Source: Kiritimatiellia bacterium (lineage in GTDB: Bacteria > Verrucomicrobiota > Kiritimatiellia > SLAD01). From it: a stretch of DNA of 60,543 nucleotides. The stretch lies in assembly GCA_007126515.1 (NCBI GenBank), contig SLBD01000004.1:1-60543 (forward strand). Reading direction: 5' to 3'. The notes under the pieces are model-generated. The model had not been told where the DNA came from, did no database searches, and saw only the letters and a program-made list of their open reading frames with translations. A program made the position numbers and the translations under genes. Positions 9,585 through 19,074 of the stretch are shown piece by piece. Numbering within the stretch: position 1 is the first letter of the stretch; each line of letters starts with the position of its first letter.

Positions 9585-9661
9585 GCTCCCGTAGCTCAGC
9601 TGGATAGAGCATCGGATTTCTAATCCGACGGTCGCAGGTTCGAATCCTGCCGGGGGCGCCA
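9585..9661 (+). tRNA. tRNA-Arg (anticodon UCU)
   Basis: The cloverleaf was read by hand. Acceptor stem is GCTCCCG/CGGGGGC with a U3-G70 wobble. D arm is TAGCTCAGCTGGATAGAGCA. Anticodon stem is TCGGA/TCCGA with loop TTTCTAA, giving anticodon TCT. T arm is GCAGGTTCGAATCCTGC. CCA is encoded (9659-9661). Length is 77 nt. Confidence 0.93.
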
Positions 9662-9848
9662 GATTGTCTGCCGAATGATTTCGTGAACAATTCCCAGGCA
9701 CACTCTCAACAGCCGAGCAATGCATCCAATTTGTGTTCATATGGCAAGGATACTATTCAGCTGACGTCTTTTCAATTCTCTTTCCCTGGCTCTTTATTTA
9801 CCGAGCTGGCGATCGGTGGTCTCGGGGGTGTTGGATAGTCTGAGTCGC

Positions 9849-11528
9849 TCACCCCTGCTGCTTGGCGGATTCGTAGGCTTCAACGGCGCATTTGTTGCAG
9901 GTTTCGCGGATGCCGGCAAAGAAGTCGTTGCCTTTGTCATCAACAAGGATGTAGGCGGGGAAGTCTTTGACTTCGATTTTCCAAATTGCTTCCATGCCCA
10001 GCTCGGGATATTCCAACAATTCGACCTTTTTAATGTTGTGTTCTGCCAACAAGGCGGCCGGGCCACCAATCGATCCGAGATAAAAGCCGCCGTACTTCTG
10101 GCAGGCATCGGTGACTTGTTGTGACCGATTGCCTTTGGCCAGCATGATCATTGACCCGCCCGCGGCTTGGAACGAGGCGACGTAGGAATCCATCCGCCCC
10201 GCTGTGGTCGGACCAAATGACCCGGATGGCTTTCCGGCGGGCGTCTTTGCCGGACCCGCATAATAGACCGGATGATTCTTGATGTAGTCTGGCAAGCCTT
10301 CGCCACGATCAATGCGTTCCTGCAATTTGGCATGGGCAATGTCGCGAGCGACCACGATGGTGCCAGTGAGCGAAAGGGCTGTGGTGACGGGATACTTACT
10401 TAATTCGGCGAGAATCTCCGGCATCGGTCGGTTGAGGTCAATTTTGACAACCTGCTCGGGCTTGTTCTCGACAATACCGGCAGGGATAAAGCGCCCCGGA
10501 TTGTCCTCTAATTTCTCCAGCCAAATGCCGTCTTTGTCGATACGGGCTTTGACGTTGCGATCGGCAGAGCAGGACACGCCGATGCCAACGGGACAGGAGG
10601 CGCCATGGCGCGGCAGACGGATGACACGCACGTCGAGGGCAAAGTACTTTCCTCCAAACTGCGCGCCATAGCCCATCTTGCGAGTGTATTGGAGGAGCTT
10701 TTCTTCCAACTCAACATCTCGAAAGGCCCGGCCATGTTCGTTGCCGCTGGTGGGTAGCTCGTCATAGTACTTGGTGGAGGCCAGTTTCACAGTCTTCATC
10801 GTCGCTTCTGCGGACGTGCCTCCGATGACAATGGCAATGTGATAAGGCGGACAAGCGGCGGTGCCCAAGCTGCCCATTTTTTCGATGCAGAATTTTTCGA
10901 GGCTGGCCGGATTCAGCAGCGCTTTGGTTTCTTGAAACAAGAAACTCTTGTTGGCCGATCCGCCGCCTTTGGCGATGAAGAGAAACTCATAGGTATCGCC
11001 ATCTGTCGCCAGCAGATCAATTTGGGCAGGCAGATTGGTGCCGGTGTTGACCTCGTCATACATGGTCAGGGGAGCCGTCTGCGAGTAGCGCAGGTTATCT
11101 TTGGTGAAGGTATTGTAGACACCGCGAGACAAGGCTGCCTCGTCACCGCCACCGGTCCAGACTCGCTGGCCACGCTTGCCAAAGACAATCGCTGTGCCTG
11201 TGTCCTGACAAAATGGCAGGACCCCATGGGCCGACACTTCGGCATTGCGTAACATGGTCAGCGCAATGGTGCGGTCGTTTTCGGTAGCTTCCGGATCGTC
11301 GAGAATCGCCGCCACTTTTTCCAAATGCTCGGTGCGCAACTTGAAGGAGATCTCGCGCATGGCGGTCTCCGCCAGGTAGGTCAAGGCTTCTGGCACGACC
11401 TTGACGATCGTTTGGCCTTCGAACTCGGCCGTTTCGACCCATTCGTTGGTGAGCAAGCGGTATTCCGTCCGATCCTCGCCGAGCGGGAACATCTTCTGAT
11501 ACGTAAATGGCGGTGGCGCTTTGGTCAT
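9849..11528 (-). CDS. class I (Fe-S) fumarate hydratase, fused alpha/beta type
   Basis: 559 aa. [12 protein letters not shown] and IGGTSAE motifs mark the N-terminal catalytic domain. GPTTAGRMD marks the C-terminal domain. Confidence 0.88.
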   Translation of the reverse strand: MTKAPPPFTYQKMFPLGEDRTEYRLLTNEWVETAEFEGQTIVKVVPEALTYLAETAMREISFKLRTEHLEKVAAILDDPEATENDRTIALTMLRNAEVSAHGVLPFCQDTGTAIVFGKRGQRVWTGGGDEAALSRGVYNTFTKDNLRYSQTAPLTMYDEVNTGTNLPAQIDLLATDGDTYEFLFIAKGGGSANKSFLFQETKALLNPASLEKFCIEKMGSLGTAACPPYHIAIVIGGTSAEATMKTVKLASTKYYDELPTSGNEHGRAFRDVELEEKLLQYTRKMGYGAQFGGKYFALDVRVIRLPRHGASCPVGIGVSCSADRNVKARIDKDGIWLEKLEDNPGRFIPAGIVENKPEQVVKIDLNRPMPEILAELSKYPVTTALSLTGTIVVARDIAHAKLQERIDRGEGLPDYIKNHPVYYAGPAKTPAGKPSGSFGPTTAGRMDSYVASFQAAGGSMIMLAKGNRSQQVTDACQKYGGFYLGSIGGPAALLAEHNIKKVELLEYPELGMEAIWKIEVKDFPAYILVDDKGNDFFAGIRETCNKCAVEAYESAKQQG

Positions 11529-12025
11529 AGCAATGCTGTCCTTTCTCCGGTCGACTCTAATCGAAGCCCGAAAATAAGAACAAGCCTAAAGCGGCAATTC
11601 TCATAATGACCTTTACGGCTCACCGAGCGAGCCGCGGCGGGCGAGGGACCGCCCGCCCTACCCATAAGGTTTACACCGAAAGGTTTATGCACATGGTATC
11701 AGCCACGGTCTGGGCATCTGCCCCGGGGAAAAAGGCGGATACATTGATCGTAGGCGGTGCATACAAGGAGGTGAGAAACACGCCCGCCAGCAACAATGTG
11801 CCCATAAACACTTTACCAATCGCGCACAAGCCGCAAACCAACCCAAAAGATAACAAGAACGGAAACCAATCCAATATTTTATACAATTATGTAAAAGACA
11901 TTTATCATAAATACGTTTTTGTTCTCTTTGATTCTGTTAATAACCATTATGTATTTCTTTATCATTTGTTGTATCACCATCATAAAGAATAGATTGCGCT
12001 AAAATATAAATTATGAGCCGCCGCT

Positions 12026-12041
12026 TGGCACGAATGATGCT
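12026..12041 (+). promoter_or_regulatory. sigma-54 (RpoN) -24/-12 promoter candidate for amtB-glnK
   Basis: TGGCACGAATGATGCT compared with the consensus TGGCACG-N4-TTGCW. The GG (12027-28) and GC (12039-40) are separated by the canonical 10 nt. It lies 71 nt upstream of the amtB ATG and just downstream of a strongly AT-rich block (about 11870-12010). Confidence 0.6.
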
Positions 12042-12059
12042 TGTTTGGTGGCATCGCTT

Positions 12060-12074
12060 TGCACATGGTGTGCA
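12060..12074. promoter_or_regulatory. perfect palindrome TGCACA-TGG-TGTGCA (NtrC-box-like half sites)
   Basis: Read directly. It lies between the sigma-54 promoter candidate and the amtB RBS. The decamer TGCACATGGT recurs at 11688-11697. Confidence 0.4.
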
Positions 12075-12111
12075 TCGCACTGTGAAATCAACGTAAGAAG
12101 GAGAATATCTA

Positions 12112-13440
12112 ATGAGCAAATCCGTTTTTTCAGCGGTCATGCTGTTGTTTGTCCTCTCGTTGGTCGGTCTGCCGGTTGCAGGCTTGGCTGAAGAGTTGGC
12201 GGATGTTTCCGCGATGGACGCTATGTTCTGGGCGAGCAACACATGGATGCTGGTAGCAACGATTCTGGTGTTTATCATGCACCTTGGCTTCGCCTCGCTC
12301 GAAGCTGGCATGACGCGCGCCAAAAACACTGTGAACATCTTGTTCAAGAACACAGCCATCGTCGCCATTGGTCTTTTGACCTATGCGCTGGTGGGCTTTA
12401 ACCTCATGTACCCGGGCGACTTTTCGATTGCCGGATTCTTTGGCTTTGCCGGATTCGGAATTGGCGGGTTGGCCGATGGCATCGTGGTCGACAGCGGAGT
12501 GAATGCGTTCACAGAGTGGACGGACTTCATCTTCCAGGCCATGTTTGCTGCCACAGCGGCCACGATTATTTCGGGCGCCGTGGCGGAGCGCATCAAACTG
12601 GGCAGCTTCCTGCTCGTCATCACTTTCTATGTTGCCTTCATCTATCCGTGGCTGGGCAGCTGGCAGTGGGGCGAAGGCTGGCTTTATGAGCGCGGCTTTC
12701 ATGACTTCGCCGGTTCCACGCTGGTCCACTCAGTGGGCGGTTGGGGTGCCTTGGCGGGCGTGATCCTGCTCGGCCCACGTCTTGGCAAGTATGTGAACGG
12801 ATCCAGCAAGCCGATCATGGGACACAATATGCCATTGGCCACCATCGGCGTATTCCTGCTGTGGTTCGGTTGGTTCGGATTCAATGGCGGTTCGGTTCTC
12901 TCGGCGGATCCCGAAGGCGTTTCCTTTGTATTTGTCACCACCTCCTTAGCAGCAGCGGCTGGCATCATGGGCGCAATGGCCGTCTCCTGGATCGTCCAGA
13001 AGAAGCCTGACTTGACGATGGCCTTGAACGGCGCGTTGGCGGGTCTGGTAGGCATTACGGCTGGCGCAGATGTGGTCAGCGTTTCCAGCTCGATCATCAT
13101 CGGCTTGATTGCTGGCGTGATTGTCTTCTTCTCAGTCATTGGCCTGGACCGCGCCAAGCTGGATGACCCGGTCGGCGCGATTTCCGTCCACTTGGTCTGC
13201 GGAATCTGGGGCACCTTGGCCGTCGGCATCTTCGGCGGTGAAGACTTCTCATTTGTCACCCAGCTGATCGGCGTGGTCGCCTATGGCGTAGTTGCCTTTA
13301 TTGGCGCTATGGTCCTATTTGGTATCGCTAAAGCCACTCTGGGAATCCGTGTCAGCGAAGAAGAAGAGCTTTCGGGGCTGGACATCGGCGAGCATGGCAT
13401 GGAAGCTTATACAGGCTTCTCGATCTACACCACGCAGTGA
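12112..13440 (+). CDS. amtB: ammonium transporter
   Basis: 442 aa with about 11 TM helices. Signatures WFGWFGFNGGS and LAGLVGITAGAD are present. An RBS, AAGGAG, is upstream. Confidence 0.95.
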   Translation: MSKSVFSAVMLLFVLSLVGLPVAGLAEELADVSAMDAMFWASNTWMLVATILVFIMHLGFASLEAGMTRAKNTVNILFKNTAIVAIGLLTYALVGFNLMYPGDFSIAGFFGFAGFGIGGLADGIVVDSGVNAFTEWTDFIFQAMFAATAATIISGAVAERIKLGSFLLVITFYVAFIYPWLGSWQWGEGWLYERGFHDFAGSTLVHSVGGWGALAGVILLGPRLGKYVNGSSKPIMGHNMPLATIGVFLLWFGWFGFNGGSVLSADPEGVSFVFVTTSLAAAAGIMGAMAVSWIVQKKPDLTMALNGALAGLVGITAGADVVSVSSSIIIGLIAGVIVFFSVIGLDRAKLDDPVGAISVHLVCGIWGTLAVGIFGGEDFSFVTQLIGVVAYGVVAFIGAMVLFGIAKATLGIRVSEEEELSGLDIGEHGMEAYTGFSIYTTQ

Positions 13441-13479
13441 TCGAAACACGGGTCACACTTAACCAGAGGAGAATAAAGA

Positions 13480-13824
13480 ATGAAATTAATAGTGGCATAT
13501 ATCCAACCCGAGCGCCTCAATGCAGTGAAGCAGTCGCTCTATGAGAAAGAGGTCTACCGCCTCTCCGTGATGAACGCCCTCGGCTGCGGTCAGCAGAAGG
13601 GGTATCACGAAAGCTACCGCGGTTCTGACATCGAGGTGAACTTGCTGAAGAAGATTCGGCTGGAAATCGCCGTCAATGACGAGTTCGTGGATAGCACAGT
13701 GGACGCGATCGTCAAAGGGGCGCGCACTGGCAAAATCGGCGATGGCAAGATCTTCATTCTCGACCTGCCCGACTGCATCCGCATTCGTACAGGAGAGAAA
13801 GGCAAAGACGCGATCGGCGGTTAA
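13480..13824 (+). CDS. glnK: P-II nitrogen regulatory protein
   Basis: 114 aa. It has a T-loop ...[14 protein letters not shown]... and the C-terminal P-II signature [11 protein letters not shown]. It lies immediately downstream of amtB. Confidence 0.9.
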   Translation: MKLIVAYIQPERLNAVKQSLYEKEVYRLSVMNALGCGQQKGYHESYRGSDIEVNLLKKIRLEIAVNDEFVDSTVDAIVKGARTGKIGDGKIFILDLPDCIRIRTGEKGKDAIGG

Positions 13825-14030
13825 TTCAGACAACTATCCGGGTTGCTGTACCGGGGTCCGGCCCGCGCATCAAATTCTGGGGGATTGATGCAACGGCCGC
13901 CGGTACGGTGCCCGGCACTTACAAAAATGAAAGATTACGGTTGAACCCCAGTTAAAATTGGATTAAATAGCGATCACGATTGAGTTGTGACGGGCATAAC
14001 TCCATCGTAAACGCAGGAGGAAAGTAAAGT

Positions 14031-14744
14031 ATGAATAAAGCGAGTAAAGTAATTGGATCTGGCCTGATGGCTGGAATGTTGCTGGTTGGTCCGGCTGCGG
14101 TTGATGCTGCCGAAGTTACAGTGGGCGCCGATTTGGCAACGGCCTATGTTTATCTCGGCGAAACAATCAATGACGGGTTTGTCTTTCAACCGTACTTGGA
14201 TCTCGACATTGTTGAAGGCCCTCTCGCAGGTCTTTCATTTGGCGTTTGGGGTAACATCGACATTGAAGATATGGATGGCGAGTTTAGTTCAGGTAATTTT
14301 TCTGAGGTAGACTTTGTCCTCTCCTATGCCCTGCCGATCGACGCATTGGACATTTCCATTGGGTACACAGAGTTCATCACAGAAATGCGTGATGCAGATC
14401 GTGAAATCGAACTAACGCTAGGTTACGATCTAGCCGGTTTCTATCCATTCCTCGGCCTCTATTACGGGATTGATGGAGCTGATTACCTGTACACTCAAGC
14501 GGGAGTGGCTTATGAAATGGAGCTAATCGAAGGGTTGGATCTCGGACTCAGCGCGGCTGTTGCCCATATGTATGTAGATGATGGCGAAAGCGGCTTTCAT
14601 GATTACACCCTTTCGGCCTCCCTCTCTTACGGCATCTTCAATGCGAGCTTGACCTATTATGGTCAAATTGATGATGACGTGCTAACGGATGAAGCATATG
14701 ACGTAGAGTTTGTGGGGACCTTCGGTATTTCCTACACGTTCTAA
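14031..14744 (+). CDS. secreted acidic beta-barrel protein, TorF/Gcw_chp(TIGR02001)-like putative porin
   Basis: 237 aa with signal peptide ...LLVGPAAVDA/AEV. The N-terminal pattern is V-x-G-x-D-L-A-T-A-Y-V-Y-L-G-E-T. Short alternating strands follow, and it ends ...FGISYTF. The family call is from memory of the pattern only. RBS is AGGAGG. Confidence 0.5.
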   Translation: MNKASKVIGSGLMAGMLLVGPAAVDAAEVTVGADLATAYVYLGETINDGFVFQPYLDLDIVEGPLAGLSFGVWGNIDIEDMDGEFSSGNFSEVDFVLSYALPIDALDISIGYTEFITEMRDADREIELTLGYDLAGFYPFLGLYYGIDGADYLYTQAGVAYEMELIEGLDLGLSAAVAHMYVDDGESGFHDYTLSASLSYGIFNASLTYYGQIDDDVLTDEAYDVEFVGTFGISYTF

Positions 14745-14767
14745 GTTGATTCTTGGATCAATGATGA

Positions 14768-14798
14768 AAGCCCCGGCCTTCTGGCCGGGGCTTTTTTT
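14768..14798 (+). terminator. rho-independent terminator of the amtB-glnK-porin unit
   Basis: AAGCCCCGGCC-ttct-GGCCGGGGCTT is followed by TTTTT, 24 nt after the stop at 14744. Confidence 0.85.
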
Positions 14799-14896
14799 GT
14801 TCGCGGGGGCGAAGGTCTGGTGATTAATTTACCCTCAAACTTTTGAAGTTAAAATCTAGCCGCGTCCGTTGGGACTAGTAACCAATAACGTTACGT

Positions 14897-15182
14897 GTTG
14901 TCATGTCGAGGGTCCTGATCGGCGCAGCGCTAATTGGCTCGCGGGCAAGAACCGAAATAGCGCAACCCGTTGTCATGTCGAGCGTAGCGAAGCGAAGTCG
15001 AGACATCTCGATCTGGCTGGTCAGCGATGGTTCTTTAGGAGCGTAGCGACTTGTCCTACGTAGCCGCTTCGGCGAAGTAGGAAGCGAAGTCGAGACATCT
15101 ATGGCGCGTGCAACAACTCAGATTTCTCCACTCCGTCCCGATCCTCGCCTGACGGCGTGTTCGGGACTCCGGTCGAAATGAC
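14897..15182. repeat. composite intergenic repeat block (MITE-like; internal direct repeats and GTCATxTCGA-type ends)
   Basis: GTTGTCATGTCGAG occurs twice (14897, 14969). AGCGAAGTCGAGACATCT occurs twice (14991, 15083). GCGTAGCGA occurs twice. The right end, CTCCGGTCGAAATGAC (15167-15182), is an imperfect inverted copy of the left GTCATGTCGAG. The right-hand ~100 bp recur at 54847-54939. Confidence 0.7.
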
Positions 15183-15333
15183 CAAAAGAGGTAAGGTCAG
15201 CACCACAGGCTGCGATCCGGGCTAACTGAGGTTATATTTTTCTGCGGGCAACCTTTTGTCTCTCCCGGATATGCGTGCACGAGTCCGTGTAAGAGTAAGT
15301 GAGATCACGCCCGCGTTGCTCGTTTATTTATCA

Positions 15334-15678
15334 TTACCGTCTCACCTGCGTCTCCAGGCGGCGGATCTCACGCTCCAAACGCTCTACTTGATCTTCGAGA
15401 TCGCGGACACGTCGTTCCAAGCGCATCTCGTCGCGATGATCGAATGGGTCGGTGATCCTGTACAAACGCGCAACAAGATCCTCAACAACATCCATGCGCT
15501 CATCCAAAGTCGCCGGTTTCTGTTGTTCCTGTGTCTCTTTGACTTCCGCCGCAACCGCCTCCAACTGCTCGCGATCCACACGCGGCGCACGATCCGCAAA
15601 CTCTCGCCCAACCGCCACCCCACTGAGCAGTACCGCGCTTACACCTGTAAGTATCCATATTCCGTACTTCTTCATCAT
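15334..15678 (-). CDS. hypothetical membrane-anchored/secreted coiled-coil protein
   Basis: 114 aa with an N-terminal hydrophobic anchor (MMKKYGIWILTGVSAVLLSGVAVG). A charged heptad-like C-terminus follows (RVRDLEDQVERLEREIRRLETQVRR). It lies 30 nt downstream of the 1121-aa gene. Confidence 0.45.
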   Translation of the reverse strand: MMKKYGIWILTGVSAVLLSGVAVGREFADRAPRVDREQLEAVAAEVKETQEQQKPATLDERMDVVEDLVARLYRITDPFDHRDEMRLERRVRDLEDQVERLEREIRRLETQVRR

Positions 15679-15708
15679 TCCACCTCCGCCCAGATTGGGC
15701 TCTGCTTG

Positions 15709-18700
15709 TTATCCATAATTGGAATTCACTCTCTCCCCATCCAACATGCTCTCCTCAACGTGTATCGTCAAGGGAGGACCAAACTCACCACGTTCCCACC
15801 AGATGCCCCGCAGTGTATAAGTCCCAGGAGCAACCGGACTCCACTCAATCAGAATTCGCTCACCGGGTGCCGCCGCACGCACATCGAGGTATTGAGTTGA
15901 ATGCCCCTGACGCTGGACAGCCAACCAAACGGTTCCTTCTTGTTGGTGGCGAGAAGTGGACCAACGAGCGGGACCGCGATTGATCCACTCAGCCCGCAAC
16001 ACCTGCTGGGGCGCCATCCAAATGACGCCATCGGACAAAACGTGTGTCGCTTCCTGACCATCGATTCGCATAGATCCCCACTCGGCGTGCAGGTGCAGGA
16101 ATGGAGCCGCTGATAGATTCGCCAGCCGCACAGGAACGGCATCCATCGATGACACCCCGAAGGAATTTGGCCGGATTTCTGCGACCCGACGGCCTGCAGC
16201 CTCCTCTGCATACACATGACTCCAATCCGCCTGTAATTCGGCCCACGCGGAAGGACCCGCCGAGGGTTGTAATTCACGGCCCGCCCATTGCAGCGGCCGC
16301 ATCCGATATCCTCGCAATTGATTAACCGTCAGGCGCAAGGCACGCGTCGCAAGGCGCCTACGCCCCAATGCGTCGATGATTCCCTCATCCACATCCCAAG
16401 GCTGGCGAGCAATGGGACGATACTGTCCCAGCCAACCACCTGATGTTTGGGTCTGCATAGCCAAGCGATAAAAAGTCGAAACCATACTTTCTTGCAGGCG
16501 ATAGTCAATGACCCGAGGCCGACTCCCCACCGGAGCTTGCAAAGGCCCCCAGACAATCGGTTTACCGTGCATCACACCACGAGCATACACAGCCTTAAAT
16601 GCCTCCCCCCCGAGGTCCTGATCTTCTGCCACCAATCGCCCCGGAACAACGGTCAAGAAATCCAAATGAACGCTGCCCGCATCGACAAGAAAAGGAATTT
16701 GATTTACCTGAATCTGGCGCAAATCTGCCTGACGCGCATCCCAGCGAGCTGTCAGCAAAGCAGCGTAACCCGCGTACCGAATTTGTTGGGCAGCCCGCCC
16801 CAATTCCCGACTCCACCAATCGGCAACAAAGCGATGCAGAAAAGGCCAGACATCCGCATCATCCGGCACACTCGCCAAGTCTGCGGCAGTCGGGAACCCA
16901 GCATCGGAATCGCCAAACCGCAAATCCTCGCCCCAGCGCTGCCGTGCCAACTCCCATCCCCCCGCCTGCCCCTCCAGCCAATCTGTCCACGCCCGATGTA
17001 AGCTCTCTTGCCAGTCGCTGGACATTGTATCGCTGGCTCCAAATCGTTCGGGCGGCGTGATGTCCAGTGAAATGACATTCCGATCGTCCATGAACCCGAT
17101 CGCATCTAAATACGGAGCGATCCCGCCCGATTGCCGTGACCACATCCATGCATGAGGCAGTTGCAGATTAACCCAAAGCGATTCCCGCCGAGCGGCATCC
17201 AAGACGTATCGAACTTGCCGGGCTTGCTGCGGGTCCGCGTAGGGAATGGTGATTGCATTCACACCCGCAGCTCGCAGCTGAGCAAAATCAGCATCAATTT
17301 GCGCAGCGGGGAATACGTCTTGGTTCAACCAGTCCGCATTCGGAACCCGCGACAAACCAGGATCATAGTCCGCACCAATGAGAAAAAGAGGAATACGGCC
17401 GGATACTAATCGACCCGCGATCGTCCGCACCCGTTCTTCCGTTTGTGGCGCAGGGCGAACTCCGTTCACTTTGACCGGGCGGCGAACACGATCAAAACGG
17501 CGCGAAGCTCCACCAATCTCCTCTAAACCAAATTCGATCCAGTAATCGTCCACGCCCTCCTCGACGCGAGGCACGATGCCAAGGCTCAACGTCAGTTCGG
17601 ACTCCCTTCCATCCAATGGCGAAGAGACGACGCGGCGAATAATTTGACCCGCCCCATCCACCAATTCTGCCGATATACGCACGTTCACAGCATCAGGCTG
17701 AATGGCTACAGCTTGAACAGTCAGATCAAAGGATTCTCCCGGCTCATACCAATGCTGACTGGTTGTGGCCTGGAGTAAAACATGTCCGCGCTGAAACACA
17801 AACGCCGCTTCATTCAACATGCCGCGAATGGCCGTTCGCGTGCGCCGCTGCAAGTCGAGCCCAACCCAGCCCCAGTGTTCACGACGATCTCTTTCTCCTT
17901 GCGCCAGATAGATCCCCCCGACGGAACCGCTCGCCGATTCCCCGCGATCGCCTCCCTCGAACAGCGATATCCAACGGCTTGCAGATGTTGACGTTTGCCC
18001 AGACGCATTCTGCCAGACCAAACCCGTCGTTGCCCCTCGAACCCGCCAACGTCCCGCTGTACGTGTGGACCGAACGTCTCCAACATCGGCAACGGCCCGC
18101 CGCGCCGGATCGCGAATGAACGGCACCGGCGATGGCAGAGGCAACGCAATCAGTGCAGACTGCGGAACAAATCGAATGTCACTCATCCCATACTTATGCG
18201 GCCCCAGCGACTGTGGTGCCCAACGGATATCGAGTCCGACTGAAAAATCGTGGATCTGGGAATAATCAATCTGCGTTGTCTGAAGATTGTCTTCCGACGG
18301 GCGATCAACCCGATGCCAGTCATCATCAAAAAGAGTGACCTGTTGCCATTCCTCTGTTGCAGGGACGACAGACAACCATTCCACCCCATTCCGCTGCCGA
18401 GCCCGAAGCACCAACCGACTGGTTGTTTCGCTCCCTCGAACAAAAAATGTAATCGCTCCTACATCTATGTCAGCCAAGCCATCCACAGGCTCAGGGAGCG
18501 TCATCCGATCCCATTCATAGAGTCCGACCGTCTCTACTTCCACGCCTTGCCACGGCAATCCATGTGCAGCCCGAACCCGACTCCGGCTTGCTCCGCTGCT
18601 TTGTTCATGACTCCACAACTGGATCGCAGAAAATCCCTCAATGTGTTTGGCCGTGGCCGCCAAGCGCTGCAAGTAGCTGGACCAAGAAATCATCTCAGCA

Positions 18701-19074
18701 GTGTAGCGAATGACGGGATCCCCAAACGGATCTGCACCCAGAAACAGCATGTGTCCGCCAGCTGTCAGAAAGGCATCCAACCAGTCCCATGACTCCACCG
18801 GCAAGCGAGCGCTATCAGGAGCCACAACCAGATGCCCCTGCTGCAACGCGTTCTCCAGGACAGATTGCCAACTGCCCAACGCCGCAAACTCGGCCCTCGG
18901 CCACTTTGAACGAAGCAGCTCTGCCCACGCCCGCGCCTCGGCATCTTGAAGGACGGGCTCCAACACCACAATACGATGCTCATCAACGGGGCGACGCGGT
19001 GGCACTTGATCCCGGCCACAACCGATCGACATCAGCAGGAGCAACAGCAGACCGCCTGCTCGCCAACCGCTCAT
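15709..19074 (-). CDS. large secreted (possibly lipo-)protein with glycoside-hydrolase-like TIM-barrel segment; function unknown
   Basis: 1121 aa. The signal peptide ends ...LLLLMSIGC/GRD. One mid-protein segment (GVNAITIPYADPQQARQVRYVLDAARRESLWVNLQLPH) looks like a GH clan-A beta-strand/helix unit. The start overlaps the recN stop (ATGA at 19071-19074). Confidence 0.55.
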   Translation of the reverse strand: MSGWRAGGLLLLLLMSIGCGRDQVPPRRPVDEHRIVVLEPVLQDAEARAWAELLRSKWPRAEFAALGSWQSVLENALQQGHLVVAPDSARLPVESWDWLDAFLTAGGHMLFLGADPFGDPVIRYTAEMISWSSYLQRLAATAKHIEGFSAIQLWSHEQSSGASRSRVRAAHGLPWQGVEVETVGLYEWDRMTLPEPVDGLADIDVGAITFFVRGSETTSRLVLRARQRNGVEWLSVVPATEEWQQVTLFDDDWHRVDRPSEDNLQTTQIDYSQIHDFSVGLDIRWAPQSLGPHKYGMSDIRFVPQSALIALPLPSPVPFIRDPARRAVADVGDVRSTRTAGRWRVRGATTGLVWQNASGQTSTSASRWISLFEGGDRGESASGSVGGIYLAQGERDRREHWGWVGLDLQRRTRTAIRGMLNEAAFVFQRGHVLLQATTSQHWYEPGESFDLTVQAVAIQPDAVNVRISAELVDGAGQIIRRVVSSPLDGRESELTLSLGIVPRVEEGVDDYWIEFGLEEIGGASRRFDRVRRPVKVNGVRPAPQTEERVRTIAGRLVSGRIPLFLIGADYDPGLSRVPNADWLNQDVFPAAQIDADFAQLRAAGVNAITIPYADPQQARQVRYVLDAARRESLWVNLQLPHAWMWSRQSGGIAPYLDAIGFMDDRNVISLDITPPERFGASDTMSSDWQESLHRAWTDWLEGQAGGWELARQRWGEDLRFGDSDAGFPTAADLASVPDDADVWPFLHRFVADWWSRELGRAAQQIRYAGYAALLTARWDARQADLRQIQVNQIPFLVDAGSVHLDFLTVVPGRLVAEDQDLGGEAFKAVYARGVMHGKPIVWGPLQAPVGSRPRVIDYRLQESMVSTFYRLAMQTQTSGGWLGQYRPIARQPWDVDEGIIDALGRRRLATRALRLTVNQLRGYRMRPLQWAGRELQPSAGPSAWAELQADWSHVYAEEAAGRRVAEIRPNSFGVSSMDAVPVRLANLSAAPFLHLHAEWGSMRIDGQEATHVLSDGVIWMAPQQVLRAEWINRGPARWSTSRHQQEGTVWLAVQRQGHSTQYLDVRAAAPGERILIEWSPVAPGTYTLRGIWWERGEFGPPLTIHVEESMLDGERVNSNYG

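Noticed and set aside
9585-9661. tRNA-Arg as the attachment site of a genomic island
   Set aside because: No integrase, direct repeat of the tRNA 3' end or foreign-looking genes flank it. Its neighbours are a TVP38 gene and fumarase.
9481-9690. N-terminal 70 residues of the tracked 320-aa ORF (GRIRTCDRRIRNPMLYPAELR...)
   Set aside because: This is the antisense translation of the tRNA-Arg gene. The real TVP38 start is the ATG at 9480.
12049-12062. Second sigma-54-like element TGGCATCGCTTTGC
   Set aside because: Only 9 nt separate GG and GC, whereas the canonical spacing is 10. The upstream element at 12026-12041 fits better.
11606-12368. ORFs 11606..11992 (+), 11671..11886 (-) and 11937..12368 (-) between fumarase and amtB
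   Set aside because: They lie in the repeat-containing, AT-rich regulatory region or antisense to the amtB 5' end. Their composition is low-complexity and no motifs are present. The hydrophobic 71-aa ORF cannot be supported without conservation data.
14869-15063. 64-aa ORF with CHVE...RSEAKSRHL repeats
   Set aside because: It is a translation of the direct repeats in the MITE-like block, with no RBS and no coding signal.
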